A stretch of DNA of 34,891 bases from Octopus bimaculoides. Lineage: Eukaryota. This document shows, piece after piece, positions 21,859-32,672 of the stretch (positions within the stretch are counted from its first letter, which is position 1; each line of letters opens with the position of its first letter). Made by a program: the position numbers and the translations under genes. The DNA lies in contig NC_069001.1 of the NCBI RefSeq assembly GCF_001194135.2, positions 13,190,098 through 13,224,988 of the forward strand. The letters run 5' to 3'. The notes beneath the pieces are model-generated. The model did not search any database and was not told the DNA's origin. It saw nothing but the letters and a program-made list of their open reading frames with translations.

Positions 21859-21891
<33 letters not shown>
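21408..21891 (+). mobile_element. Two consecutive RTE 3' UTR fragments
   Basis: Tails end in (GAT)n at ~21635 and ~21890. The first copy spans a 10-N gap with duplicated flanks. Confidence 0.75.
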
Positions 21892-22760
21892 ATGAAGCTA
21901 GCATGCTCTGCTGGATGTGCAATGTCGGTGTGCAGTATGTCTTAAAAGAAAAACTGGGTATCAGGTGTAGTGTGCAAGAGAGAAGACTGTGCTGGTATGG
22001 CCATGTGATTTGTATGGATGGGGACAGCTGTGTAAAGAAGTGCCATATTGTTTGTGGAGGGAACCTGTGGAAGAGATAGACCCAGGAAGATGTGTACAAG
22101 GTGGTGAAATATGATTTTTGGTTGCTGAGCTTTACAAAGGCAATGACATGTGACCAAGACTTCTGGTAATTTACTGTGCTTCAGAAGGGAAGATACTTCA
22201 AACTAGGCGGTGTATACTTCAAAAGGCAGCGAGCTGGCAGAAACGTTAGCACGCCGGACGAAATGCTTAGCGGTATTTCGTCTGCTGCTACGTTCCGAGT
22301 TCAAATTCCGCTGGGGTCGACTTTGCCTTTCATCCTTTCAGGGTCGATAAATTAAGTACCAGTTACGCACTGGGGTCAATATAATCGACTTAATCCCTTT
22401 GTCTGTCCTTGTTTGTCCCCTCTATGCTTAAGCCCCTTGTGGGCAATAAAGAAATAAGATACTTCAAGCTAAGTAAAATCATGGTTGTGGCCAGTGCTAG
22501 TGACATGTAAAGAGGCACCTGTGCCAGTGACATGTGCAAAGACACGTAGAAAGGCACCTGTGTTGGTGACATAAACGAGGCACCTGTGCTGGTGACACAT
22601 AAGAGGCACCTGTGCTAGTGATATGAAAAAAAAAGCACCCAACACAGTCTATAGAATGGTTGGTGTTAGGAAGGGCATCAAGTCATAGAGACCAAGCCAA
22701 AACAAACACTAGAGCCTGGTGCAGCTCTCCAGTCAAACCACCTAACCTATGCCAGCATAA
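21892..22760 (+). mobile_element. 5'-truncated RTE-clade LINE (ORF C-terminus plus 3' UTR), interrupted by a SINE at 22224-22458
   Basis: Frameshifted translation EASMLCWMCNV...ERRLCWYGHVICMDGDSCVKKC...VEGTCGRDRPRK...KVVKYD...TKAMTCDQDFW*FTVLQK matches the typical RTE C-terminus (RMLRWMCGV / RLRWYGHV / GRGRPRKTW). After the SINE the sequence continues into the same 3' UTR as the other (GAT)n-tailed copies. Confidence 0.85.
22224..22458 (+). mobile_element. SINE family B, full length, inserted in the RTE 3' end
   Basis: Head GGCAGCGAGCTGGCAGAAACGTTAGC...GAGTTCAAATTCC. Central GTCGACTTTGCCTTTCATCCTTTC.GGGTCGATAAATTAAGTACC resembles the recalled Meta-domain of MetaSINEs. AGATACTTCAA at 22191-22201 and 22457-22467 is TSD-like. 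Confidence 0.85.
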
Positions 22761-23051
22761 TACACACACACACACACACACAATAGAGAACTATGCTTCC
22801 TAACCACATGGTCTCAGGTTCAATTTACTGTGTGACACATTGGGCAAGTATCTTCTACTATAGCCCTAGGTAGACTGTAGCCTTGCGAGTAAATTTGGCA
22901 GGTGGAAGCTGAAAAAAAACTGGTCGTGTGTGTCCATGTTTCGCCATCATGAGATAGTTATAAACAGCTGTTACTGTTACACACTGTCGTTTCTTTCCAA
23001 TTTTCTATGAGACAGACTGACAGAAAGGGAAGAGAACAAGAGACACAACAG

Positions 23052-23273
23052 TTTTGTTACTACATTTCTATAGAAATACAATTTTATTTCAATTAATTTT
23101 GAAAATATTCAAAATTTTAGTAAAATGACTATCATTATTAAACTGCTGCTTGGAATGCAAATTAACATTAAATTTTGGTGGAAGGTTTTAATTTAAATCA
23201 CTTTAAAAAGATGAAGGTCATATCAGAAAAAAAACAAGAGTTGTCTCAGGACTGTTGGTATCAAAATTGTTAA
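23052..23273 (+). mobile_element. Second TTAA-type MITE (family F); reverse copies at ~20170-20370 and ~20705-20810
   Basis: Homologous AT-rich body. The end taacaaaagggttaa is seen at ~20261-20275 and ttggtatcaaaattgttaa at ~23255-23273. Confidence 0.6.
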
Positions 23274-23580
23274 AACATCAGATTTCAAATCAGTGAGTTA
23301 ATGATGGTAAACAAGCACCAAAACAGCTGTACTGAAATGCCTCATACCTTCAGAATAATGTCCAGTTACAAGGGAATGACTAGATTTGATTTTGATAAGA
23401 ACATCCTGTGAATAAGCAAACCTTGATAACATATCTATATAATTTTGACAGGAGCCGAAGAGAGGAGCTTCTGTATGGCTGCATAATTTACTAGTAATAG
23501 CAGCTAAATCTCCCTCAAATTGTTACTACCCTATCATCTTAAATAAAGGATATGTTGGACAATGTAGCTGCCATATATTT

Positions 23581-23966
23581 TATCTTTTACTTGTTTCAGT
23601 CACTGGACTGTGGTCATGCTGGGGCACCACCTTGAAGGGTTTTAATTGAATGAATTAACCCCAGTATTTTGCCCTCTATTTTAAGCCTGGCACTTATTCT
23701 ATTAGTTGTTTTTGTTGAACTACTAAGTTACAGGGACTTAAATAAACCAAGCATGGTAGTAGACAAACACAGACATACAGACACACACACGTGTGTGTGT
23801 GTCTACCAAATCTAATCACAAAGCTTTTATTATCTATTATCCTTATTATCACTTCTACATGTGTACACACACAGAGTTTCCAACTAATAAAACTACCAGG
23901 AGCTATTGAAGAAGACACTGAACTTAGAACCATAAGGTCGGGAAGTAAACTTTTTACCACACAGCC
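23581..23966 (-). mobile_element. SINE family A copy (reverse, diverged)
   Basis: Runs from tcttttacttgtttcagtc to accacacagccacacctgcgc. Confidence 0.7.
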
Positions 23967-24339
23967 ACACCTGCGCAAAATAAAATGGGATCGTCGTAGT
24001 TGGACTCGCTTACTCAAGGCCTTTGCTCTCCATTGAGCATTGGCTACTGATGACTTTTTCTCTCCTGGTCTCAACTCTGGACTGTTTTTCATGCAAGAGT
24101 ATAGTTTTATGCTTGACACTAATCAAACTTTGGTAGATACCAGGCATGGAACCCTCAACCCTTGAGTTATGTTGTAACAAAATATTACATCAGTGTGGTA
24201 AGAAGTTTGCTTTCCAACAACACAGTTTAGAGTTCAACCCCACTGCATTGCACCTTGGCCAAGTACCTTCTCCTCTAGCCTTGGGCTAACCAAAGGCTTG
24301 TGAGAGGATTTGGTAGATGGAAACTGAAAGTAGCCTGTC

Positions 24340-24379
<40 letters not shown>

Positions 24380-24971
24380 TTAGCGAAAAGAACCACTTTT
24401 ACCGGTTGATAGCAGGCCAATCAATGATACACTTTCCAGGCAGAACTTTAATAAAGGTGGTAACACAGAGCAGTATTAGCTGTTTCGTCATCTATATTTC
24501 AGCTGACTTAAACTAAAAGATATATTTAAGCTGAACAAGAAATCAATTTGCAATATCTCATATTCTCCTGGTTCCCAGTACAAGGAACAAATATTTTATC
24601 TTTCTCTTTCTAAACATTGGCAACATTATCTACTGCTACCAGATATGACATTCAAAGAAGAATTTGAATTCCAAAACACAAGTATAATAGTATTTTCTAC
24701 AAAAAAATGCATCACACAAACATAAGTATGTTTCCAGCAGCACATTTTATTTAAAACTTGTTTTATTAAATATCCTATATGAAACTTGTTATTTTTCTGT
24801 CCATGAATTACCATCTATTTTAAAACCTGTCTATCAACCTTCGAGAGAACACGTGTTGTTGGGCAACTTTGAATTATGGTACCATGAGACTGGAAGAGAT
24901 CTTCATTGCTGGTGGTGTGCAGGAAATAAAAGGAAACTTTTACAATTTATTGTTAATCTTACACACCCATA

Positions 24972-25172
24972 TGTTGGGGGGACAAACACAGACACACAAA
25001 TATATATATACATATATCTGACGGGCTTTCAGTTTCCGTCTACCAAATCCACTCACAAGGCTTTGGTCGGCCCGAGGCTATAGTAGAAGACATATGCCCA
25101 AGGTGCCACGCAGTGGGACTGAACCCGGAACCATGTGGTTGGTAAGCAAGCTACTTACCACGCAGCCACTCC
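24972..25172 (-). mobile_element. SINE family A 5' half (reverse, close to consensus)
   Basis: gacgggctttcagtttccgtctaccaaatccactcacaaggctttggtcggcccgaggctatagtagaag...gccactcct. Confidence 0.8.
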
Positions 25173-25920
25173 TACATATGTATATAGATACAAACAGACA
25201 TGTATACATATACATACACAAATACATGCATATAAAGATGATTACATAATATAGATAAATATGTTACATACAAGCAAGAATTATGTATGTACACGTGCAC
25301 CCTACCACTGCTGCACATAAGGTTCTTAAAGGCCATGGCTTAATTAATTACACTATAGACATCCACCTATAAATGTTTCTATACATTTTGGGTGTGTCAT
25401 GTGAAGTAAATGGTTTTTCCTGTGACACAATCAGTCTAATATGATTTATTATTATTATTATTATGTAACTAACATACATATATGCTCAGAAATAATGCTA
25501 ATAATGTAATAAATACTACTACCTACCACCACCACTGCTATTATAGTACTGCTCAATTCACACATAATTCACCACCACCACCACCACCATCAACACCACT
25601 AATATCACTACTTATGTTCTCATGTTTTCCTGCTACTGCTGTTCCTCCTTCTCCTCTTACCACTACTTCTCCCACCACCATTCTATTATTACTAACCTTT
25701 GTGGCTTTCCGTAGGTTGAAACTTTTCGCTGTGGTAGGCTTGGTATTTGGGTATACTCGTGTGTGTGTGTGTCTGTGTGTGTGTGCATGCTGCTTGGCCA
25801 GAGGTCATGTACTGGTACTGGGGTTGAGGAAATCGAACAGCCTCCCCACCCCATCTCCTCCAAAGTTGCTGGTTTGGTGCCAAAATTTGAAACTATTGTC
25901 CAGTTTAAAATTTAAGTTTT

Positions 25921-25988
25921 TCATGCGAGGTTCGGTGGTAGAATGCCTAGACACAAGGGCAGCCTGGGTTTAATTCCTGATCAATGCA
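25921..25988 (+). pseudogene. Degenerate tRNA-Gly-like relic
   Basis: GGTTCGGTGGTAGAAT...GCCTGGGTTTAATTCCTGATCAATGCA aligns by eye to eukaryotic tRNA-Gly (GGTTCAGTGGTAGAAT...GCCCGGGTTCGATTCCCGGCCAATGCA) with CpG-type decay and a damaged anticodon arm. Confidence 0.55.
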
Positions 25989-26476
25989 AAGTTATTTATT
26001 TTATAGGCACAGGTATGGCTGTCCGGTAAGGTGTTTGCTTCCCAACCACATGGTCCCAGGTTCAGTCACACAGCGCAGCACTTTGTGCAAGTGTCTTTTA
26101 CTATAACCCTGGCCTGACCCAAGTCTTGCGAGTGAATTTTTCGATGGAAACTGGAAGGAGCTCGTTGTATATGCATCTTTGTGTTTATACTCCACCCCCA
26201 GTCACTGGTGTAGGTTTGTTTATGTTACTGTAAAGTAGTGGTTTGGCAAAACAGACAGACAGAATAAGTACCAGTCTTTAAAAAAACAAAAACATAAGCA
26301 AAACATAAGGCGCAAGCATGGCAGTGAGGTAAGGTGTTTGCTTCCCAATCAATGATTCTGGGTTCAGTCCCACTACGTGGCACCTTAGACAAGTGTCTTC
26401 TACTATAGCTTCAGGCCAACCAAAGCCTTGTGAGTGGATCTGGTAGATGGAAACTGAAAGAAGCCTGTCATATATA

Positions 26477-26549
<73 letters not shown>

Positions 26550-26650
26550 TTATGTGTCTGTGTTTGTTTCCCTGCCATCACTTGACAACCGACTACAATT
26601 TCACTTGGCTTGATGGGTCTTCTCAAGCATAGCATATTGCCAAAGGTCAC

Positions 26651-26875
26651 CAGACACATGTACCCTTAACACAGTTCTCAGGGAGATTCAGCGTGACGCA
26701 GAGTGTGACAAGGCTGGCCCTTTGAAATACAGTTACTACTCATTTTTGCCAGTTAAGTGGACTGGAGCAACACGGAATAAAATGTCTTGCTCGAGGACAC
26801 AATGTGTCGCCAGGAATTGAACTCATGAACTTGCAATTGTAAGCTGGATACCCTAACCACTAAGCCACACACCTT
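26651..26875 (-). mobile_element. Another tRNA-derived SINE (5' part, reverse)
   Basis: The minus strand reads GGCTTAGTGGTTAGGG...GAGTTCAATTCC, then TGTGTCCTCGAGCAAGACA (CORE-like). Confidence 0.7.
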
Positions 26876-27180
26876 CATTCATACATATACAGTTTCCATC
26901 TACCGAATCCATTCACAAGGCTTTGGGTTTGGCCTGGAGCTGTAGTAGGAGTGACACTTGTCCAATGTACCACACAGCAAGATTGAACTCAAGACCACAT
27001 AGGTAGGAAGCCAGCTTAACCACACAGATGTGCTTGCATAAGTACATTGCTAAAAGTAAACAGAAAAAAACCTGTGTTATTCCTTGTCACTAAGTTTGTT
27101 TGCATTTAACATTTAAATATAACATTTAACATTACAAGCAATTATGATATACATTACATAACTACATTTATATGTTTGGA

Positions 27181-27571
27181 TTTTACTCTTTTACTTTTTT
27201 ACTTATTTCAGTCATTTGACTGCGGCCATGTTGGAGCACCACCTTTAGTCGAGCACATTGACCCCAGGACTTATTCTTTGTAAGCCTAGTTTATCGGTCT
27301 CTTTTGCCGAACCGCTAAGTTACGAGGATGTAAACACACCAGCATCGGTTGTCAAGCGATGTTGGGGGACAAACACAGACACACATATATATATATATAC
27401 ATGTATACGATAGGCTTCTTTTAGTTTCCGTCTACCAAATCCACTCACAAGGCTTTGGTCAGCCCAAGGCTATAGTAGAATACACTTGCCCAAGGTGTCA
27501 CGCAGTGAGACTGAACCCAGAACCATGTGGTTGGTAAGCAAGCTAATTACCACACAGCCACTCCTGCGCCT
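27181..27571 (-). mobile_element. SINE family A, full length (reverse)
   Basis: Complete from tail to head (cagccactcctgcgcct). Confidence 0.85.
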
Positions 27572-27607
<36 letters not shown>

Positions 27608-27654
27608 CATTTATATACATCTGTATTGACTTTCTCACTAGTAATGCCTTACCC

Positions 27655-27860
27655 TATATCATCATCACTGTTTAACGTCTGTTTTCCATGCTGGCATGAG
27701 TTGGAGGGTTTGACAGGAGCTGGCCAGCTGAAGAGCTGTCTAGACTCCAATTGTCTGTTGTGGTACGGATTCTACAGCTTTATGCCCTTCCTAATGCCAA
27801 CCACTTTACAGAGTGTGCTGGGTGCATTTTACATCCCACCAGCACAAGTGCATTTCATGG
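27655..27860 (-). mobile_element. Diverged RTE-tail fragment (reverse)
   Basis: atcatcactgtttaacgtctgttttccatgctggcatg...gcccttcctaatgccaaccact is the reverse complement of the conserved tail. Confidence 0.7.
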
Positions 27861-27972
27861 CACCTGAAAAGGACAAGCCTATATGTATGGATGACAATGA
27901 CTTGACTTAGCTAGACACATCTCATGCACAAATGCAATTTTTTTTCCCAAATAAATTGCACTTCATATTTCA

Positions 27973-28053
27973 GGCTCTGATGAAGCTATAGGGTATTATT
28001 CAGGCACTTAACTAGGAGTCCACTGCATCTTCTAGCAGAAACAGCTGTAAGCT
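27973..28053 (+). ncRNA. Type I hammerhead-ribozyme-like motif (Penelope/retrozyme style), probably degenerate
   Basis: GGCT-CTGATGA-A-GCTA...TAGC-A-GAAA-CAGCTG-T-A-AGCT: exact core, stems I and II, palindromic stem III ACAGCTGT and a GUA triplet. There is an extra A before GAAA. Confidence 0.45.
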
Positions 28054-28195
28054 AATGAAGTTCATAACATGACCCTTATTTTCCTTTGTCGTCTCATTTT
28101 TTTTTATTACCGCTCTATATTTGTCTAACACTTTGTTCTGAAGCATATGAATATTGAATTCTACATCACGTTATGTCTTGGAACGCCCAAGTGAA

Positions 28196-28197
<2 letters not shown>

Positions 28198-28277
<80 letters not shown>
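28198..28277. repeat. (CA)n microsatellite (others: (CA)n 3637-3676, (TG)n 5056-5114, (TA)n ~24340-24376 and ~26470-26540, (GA)n/(GT)n 32594-32701)
   Basis: Direct reading of dinucleotide runs. Confidence 0.95.
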
Positions 28278-28280
<3 letters not shown>

Positions 28281-29044
28281 GGGCTTCCACACAATTTCTT
28301 TCGACCAAATTTGCTTACAGAACAGTGATTGCTCCAGAGTTGTCATAGAAGACACTCACCTAAGGTGCTGTGTATTGGAACTGAACCAAGAACCAAATGA
28401 ATGTGAAGCAAACTTCTCAACCAAACAGCCATGCCTGGATAATTTGTCACATGCAACTGCATACAAAAATGCATTGAGAAGTTAGTGATATGCCTTATAT
28501 TTTTGTATATGAGGGGGCCAACTAAAAAAATGGTGATTTCTTCCAGTCAGGTCTAAATCTGGCCCTGGTTATTGTTTAACCACAGGGGACACCTGACCAA
28601 GTATACCTGTGATCAAAGACATTCATTCCAGTTGTGATTTTTTAGGAGTTTTCTTATGGGTAGGGAGCCTAGTGTATGTGTAAGTGTGCGCGTGTGTATC
28701 ACCTCTCCATGTTTGTTTTCGTTCAGTTTCCTTGTATGTCTCCACTGTCCCGTTTTTGTTACCAGCTTTGACCCTCCACAAATCCCAAATTTTATAATTG
28801 GTTTGCACAAACAAATGCCTTCAAAGTCTTATATTGTTGTTCAATGCTTGAAATAAGGAATAGGACAGCCGACAACTGATGTTACTTATCTTGTTTTCCA
28901 TTTGTTTCTCTCTCGTTTGCGTACCCAACTTTATTTTTGTATTTCATGTTGTTTACATTTGGTAGCGTCCTGTACCCATATATGCATATCTATATATATA
29001 TGTATGTACATATATCTATGTATATATGCATATATATAACATAT

Positions 29045-29360
29045 ATGACTGGCTCCCGTGCCACTGGCACATAAAATAAAAATTCACCATTCCAGCGTGG
29101 TTGTTACCAGTGCTGCCAGACTGGCTCCTATGCAGGTGGCACGTAAAAAGCACCATTTCAGCATGGCCGATGCCAGTACTGCCTGCCTCGTGCCAGTGGC
29201 ACATAAAAGCACCCACTACACTCTTGGAGTTAGGAAGGGCATCCAGCTGTAGAAACTTTGCCAGATTAGATTGGAGACTGGTGCAGCCTTCTGGCTCACC
29301 AGTCCTCAATGAAACCGTCCAACCCATGCCAGCATGGAAAGCGGACGTTAAATGATGATG

Positions 29361-29362
<2 letters not shown>
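29045..29362 (+). mobile_element. RTE LINE 3' UTR fragment with three structured modules
   Basis: Three GTGC..GTGGCAC.TAAAA..CACC units, then the conserved tail and gatgatg. Confidence 0.8.
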
Positions 29363-29392
<30 letters not shown>

Positions 29393-30216
29393 GAGTAGGG
29401 AGCCTAGGGTAAGTATGCACATGTATATGAAAATTACTTGCTAGTACAGCTGCTGCATTCATCGCTTGCATTTTAGAACTAGCTTTTTTTGCTTGTTGCA
29501 AGATCAGTGACTGTGTCACTTGAATTAGTATATATATATATATATATCACGAGCAGAAGCAAGCTACTGCCATTTCTAGCAAATGAGGTATCCAGTATTG
29601 AAGGGAGGCAGACATAGCCCAAAATTAAGCTGGTTTGCTGGTCCCATCACTGGAATATGGTAGGGATTCACTCCCCTGCTTCCAATATATCAGATGCAGC
29701 TATGCATCATTAACCAGCTAGAGATATCCTCTTGAGGGTTAAAAAAAATCACAGTAAAATCACAGTAAAATCCTTTCACACAGAACAGCCATGTTGATTG
29801 AAGTGGCTACGAACATTACTTGCTGGTTGAACTACTGGGTTCATCTCTTAGATTTTAGAACTAGTTTTTTTGCTTATATCTATCTATCTATCTATCTATT
29901 TAAAATGTAGAGATGCCTATAATAGGACATCTACTCGCTAGAAATAGCAGCAAAAGACTATATACCACAAAAATTAGGGATAATTTCGAAAGGAAATGAA
30001 AAATAAAAACTTTTAGCAATCTATATTCTGTACCATGGTTTCAAGTCAATTTTAGTAAGATAAAGATTATATATCTTACAAGGTCGGACTATCGTCAGCA
30101 GAAATGACCAGACAACATATGAAGCACAAGACTGTTTTTTTTACTCTCGCTAGACCACTGGTAGTAAATAAAATTTCTAAAATTTTTTTGCTACCCTATA
30201 ATTTATTAATAATGAT

Positions 30217-30240
30217 ATCTATCTATCTAGATAGATAGAT

Positions 30241-30287
<47 letters not shown>

Positions 30288-30945
30288 TGATAGATAGATG
30301 ACAGATAGATAGATGACAGATAGATAGATGACAGATAGATAGATGACAGATAGATAGATGACAGATAGATAGATGACAGATAGATGATAGATAGATAGAT
30401 AGATGATAGATAGATAGATAGATAGATAGNNNNNNNNNNNNNNNNNNNNNNNNNNNNNNNNNNNNNNNNNNNNNNNNNNNNNNNNNNNNNNNNNNNNNNN
30501 NNNNNNNNNNNNNNNNNNNNNNNNNNNNNNNNNNNNNNNNNNNNNNNNNNNNNNNNNNNNNNNNNNNNNNNNNNNNNNNNNNNNNNNNNNNNNNNNNNNN
30601 NNNNNNNNNNNNNNNNNNNNNNNNNNNNNNNNNNNNNNNNNNNNNNNNNNNNNNNNNNNNNNNNNNNNNNNNNNNNNNNNNNNNNNNNNNNNNNNNNNNN
30701 NNNNNNNNNNNNNNNNNNNNNNNNNNNNNNNNNNNNNNTGATAGATAGATAGATGATAGATAGATAGATGATAGATAGATAGATGATAGATAGATAGATG
30801 ATAGATAGATAGATGATAGATAGATAGATGATAGATAGATAGATGATAGATAGATAGACAGACAGACAGATAGATAGATAGATAGATAGATGATAGATAG
30901 ATAGATGATAGATAGATAGATGATAGATAGATAGATGATAGATTT
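30217..30945. repeat. (GATA)n satellite with 15-bp higher-order units, spanning a gap
   Basis: GATAGATAGATAGAT and GACAGATAGATAGAT units repeated in blocks. Confidence 0.95.
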
Positions 30946-31012
30946 ATGGCATGTTAAATCTGCGACCAAGTTTCGATTCTTGGCTGCTGCTGTAGAAGAT
31001 TTTATATAAAAC

Positions 31013-31806
31013 TTATTTCAGTCTTTGAAATGCGGTCATGCTGTGGCACCACCTTGAAGGGTTTTAGCAAAATAAATCGATCCAAGTAACTTATTTTTTT
31101 TTTAAAGTCTAGTACTTATTCTATCGGACTGTTTTGCCGTACTGTTAGGTTAAGGACGTAAACAAACCAACACCGGTTGTCAAGCGATGGTAGTAGAGGG
31201 GACAAACATTAATACACATACACATACATGACGGGCTTCTTTCAGTTTCTGTCTACCAAATCCACTCATAAGGGTTTGGATGGCCCAGCGGCTAGAATAG
31301 AAGGCACTTGCTAAGGTCTCATGCAGCGGGACTGAACGTGAAACCATGTAGCGGGGAAGTAAGCTTCTTACCACACATACATACGCGCGCGCACACACAC
31401 AGATATGAGAGATTTTCTTTCACTTGTTTCACTCATTTAACTGTAGTCATGCTGGAGCACCGCCTTTAGTCGAACCAATCGACCCCGGGACTTATTCTTT
31501 GTAAGCCTAGTATTTATTCTAGCGGTCTCTTGTCGAACCGCTAAGTTACGGGGACGTAAACACACCAACATCGGTTGTCAAGCGATGGTGGGGGACAAAG
31601 AAAGACACACAAATACACACTAACACACACATATATATATACATACATACATGATGGGCTTCTTTCAGTTTTCTGTCTACCAAATCCACACGCAAGGCTT
31701 TGGTCGGCCCAGGGCAATAGTAGAAGACACATGCCCAAGGTATCATGCAGTGGGACTGAACGCGGACCCATGTGGTTGGGAAGCAAGCTTCTTACCACAC
31801 AGTCAC
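31013..31806 (-). mobile_element. Two consecutive SINE family A copies (reverse), ~31013-31376 and ~31417-31806
   Basis: Both carry the tail, the internal CA/TA run and the head. Confidence 0.8.
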
Positions 31807-32589
31807 TCCTAATTTTACTAAAGTTGAAATTATCTTTGAGAAATGCATAGCAATCTAAACGTCATACAATCACATATTCCCTCACCCCTTATTAGCTCGC
31901 TTTATTAATACAAACTGTCTTATGAATTAATCGATTATCACCAAAGCTGCAACAACAACAATAACAATATAATATAGCAAATCGATTCATTCCTGAGTCA
32001 TTGGTTTTTGTTGTGGTGGGGGGTATTTAAGGATTTATCACATACGTCAGTATGTAAGGCAAGGAAGCACATAACGAATGGTACGTGCGTATATGTCATA
32101 CGTTAGTTTGTGTGCGGATGTGAACATTTACGTATCTATATGAACACACACATACACACAGACACATACACTTATATGTCGAAATATTTTTATATATGCA
32201 TTACTATATATATATAGTAACTCTTCGAAACGCCGGTGTTAAAACGGGGGTAGCTGATGAAGGAAAATGTTCTCTATGTGGCTTGTATTTTCTGTACTCT
32301 GGTTATTATTATTTTCTTGTCTACGTTTTGTTTGCAATGTCCTGTACCCAGATATGCACCTATGTATACAGGTAGACGTAGGTATGCACATACCTGTATG
32401 TATATATGCATATACTCTTTTATTATTGTTTTAGATATACATATATATATACCAAGAGAGTTAGGGGTTGTGAATCCAACCGACTAAGTGATAATATCTA
32501 TCCAATATACTGCTGGGAGGGTACCCAATTATTATTACACTAGTGCTTTTTGAAGTTGATGAGTACCACATACTCCGCTCCATTTTCTT

Positions 32590-32672
<83 letters not shown>

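Noticed and set aside
24010-24130. Minus-strand GTAAGC donor at ~24013 with an upstream open frame
   Set aside because: It has no clear acceptor and no recognisable peptide, so it is too weak to call.
3425-28355. ORFs with CVCV, HTHT, YIYI or LSLS runs
   Set aside because: These are translations of (CA)n, (TA)n and (GA)n microsatellites.
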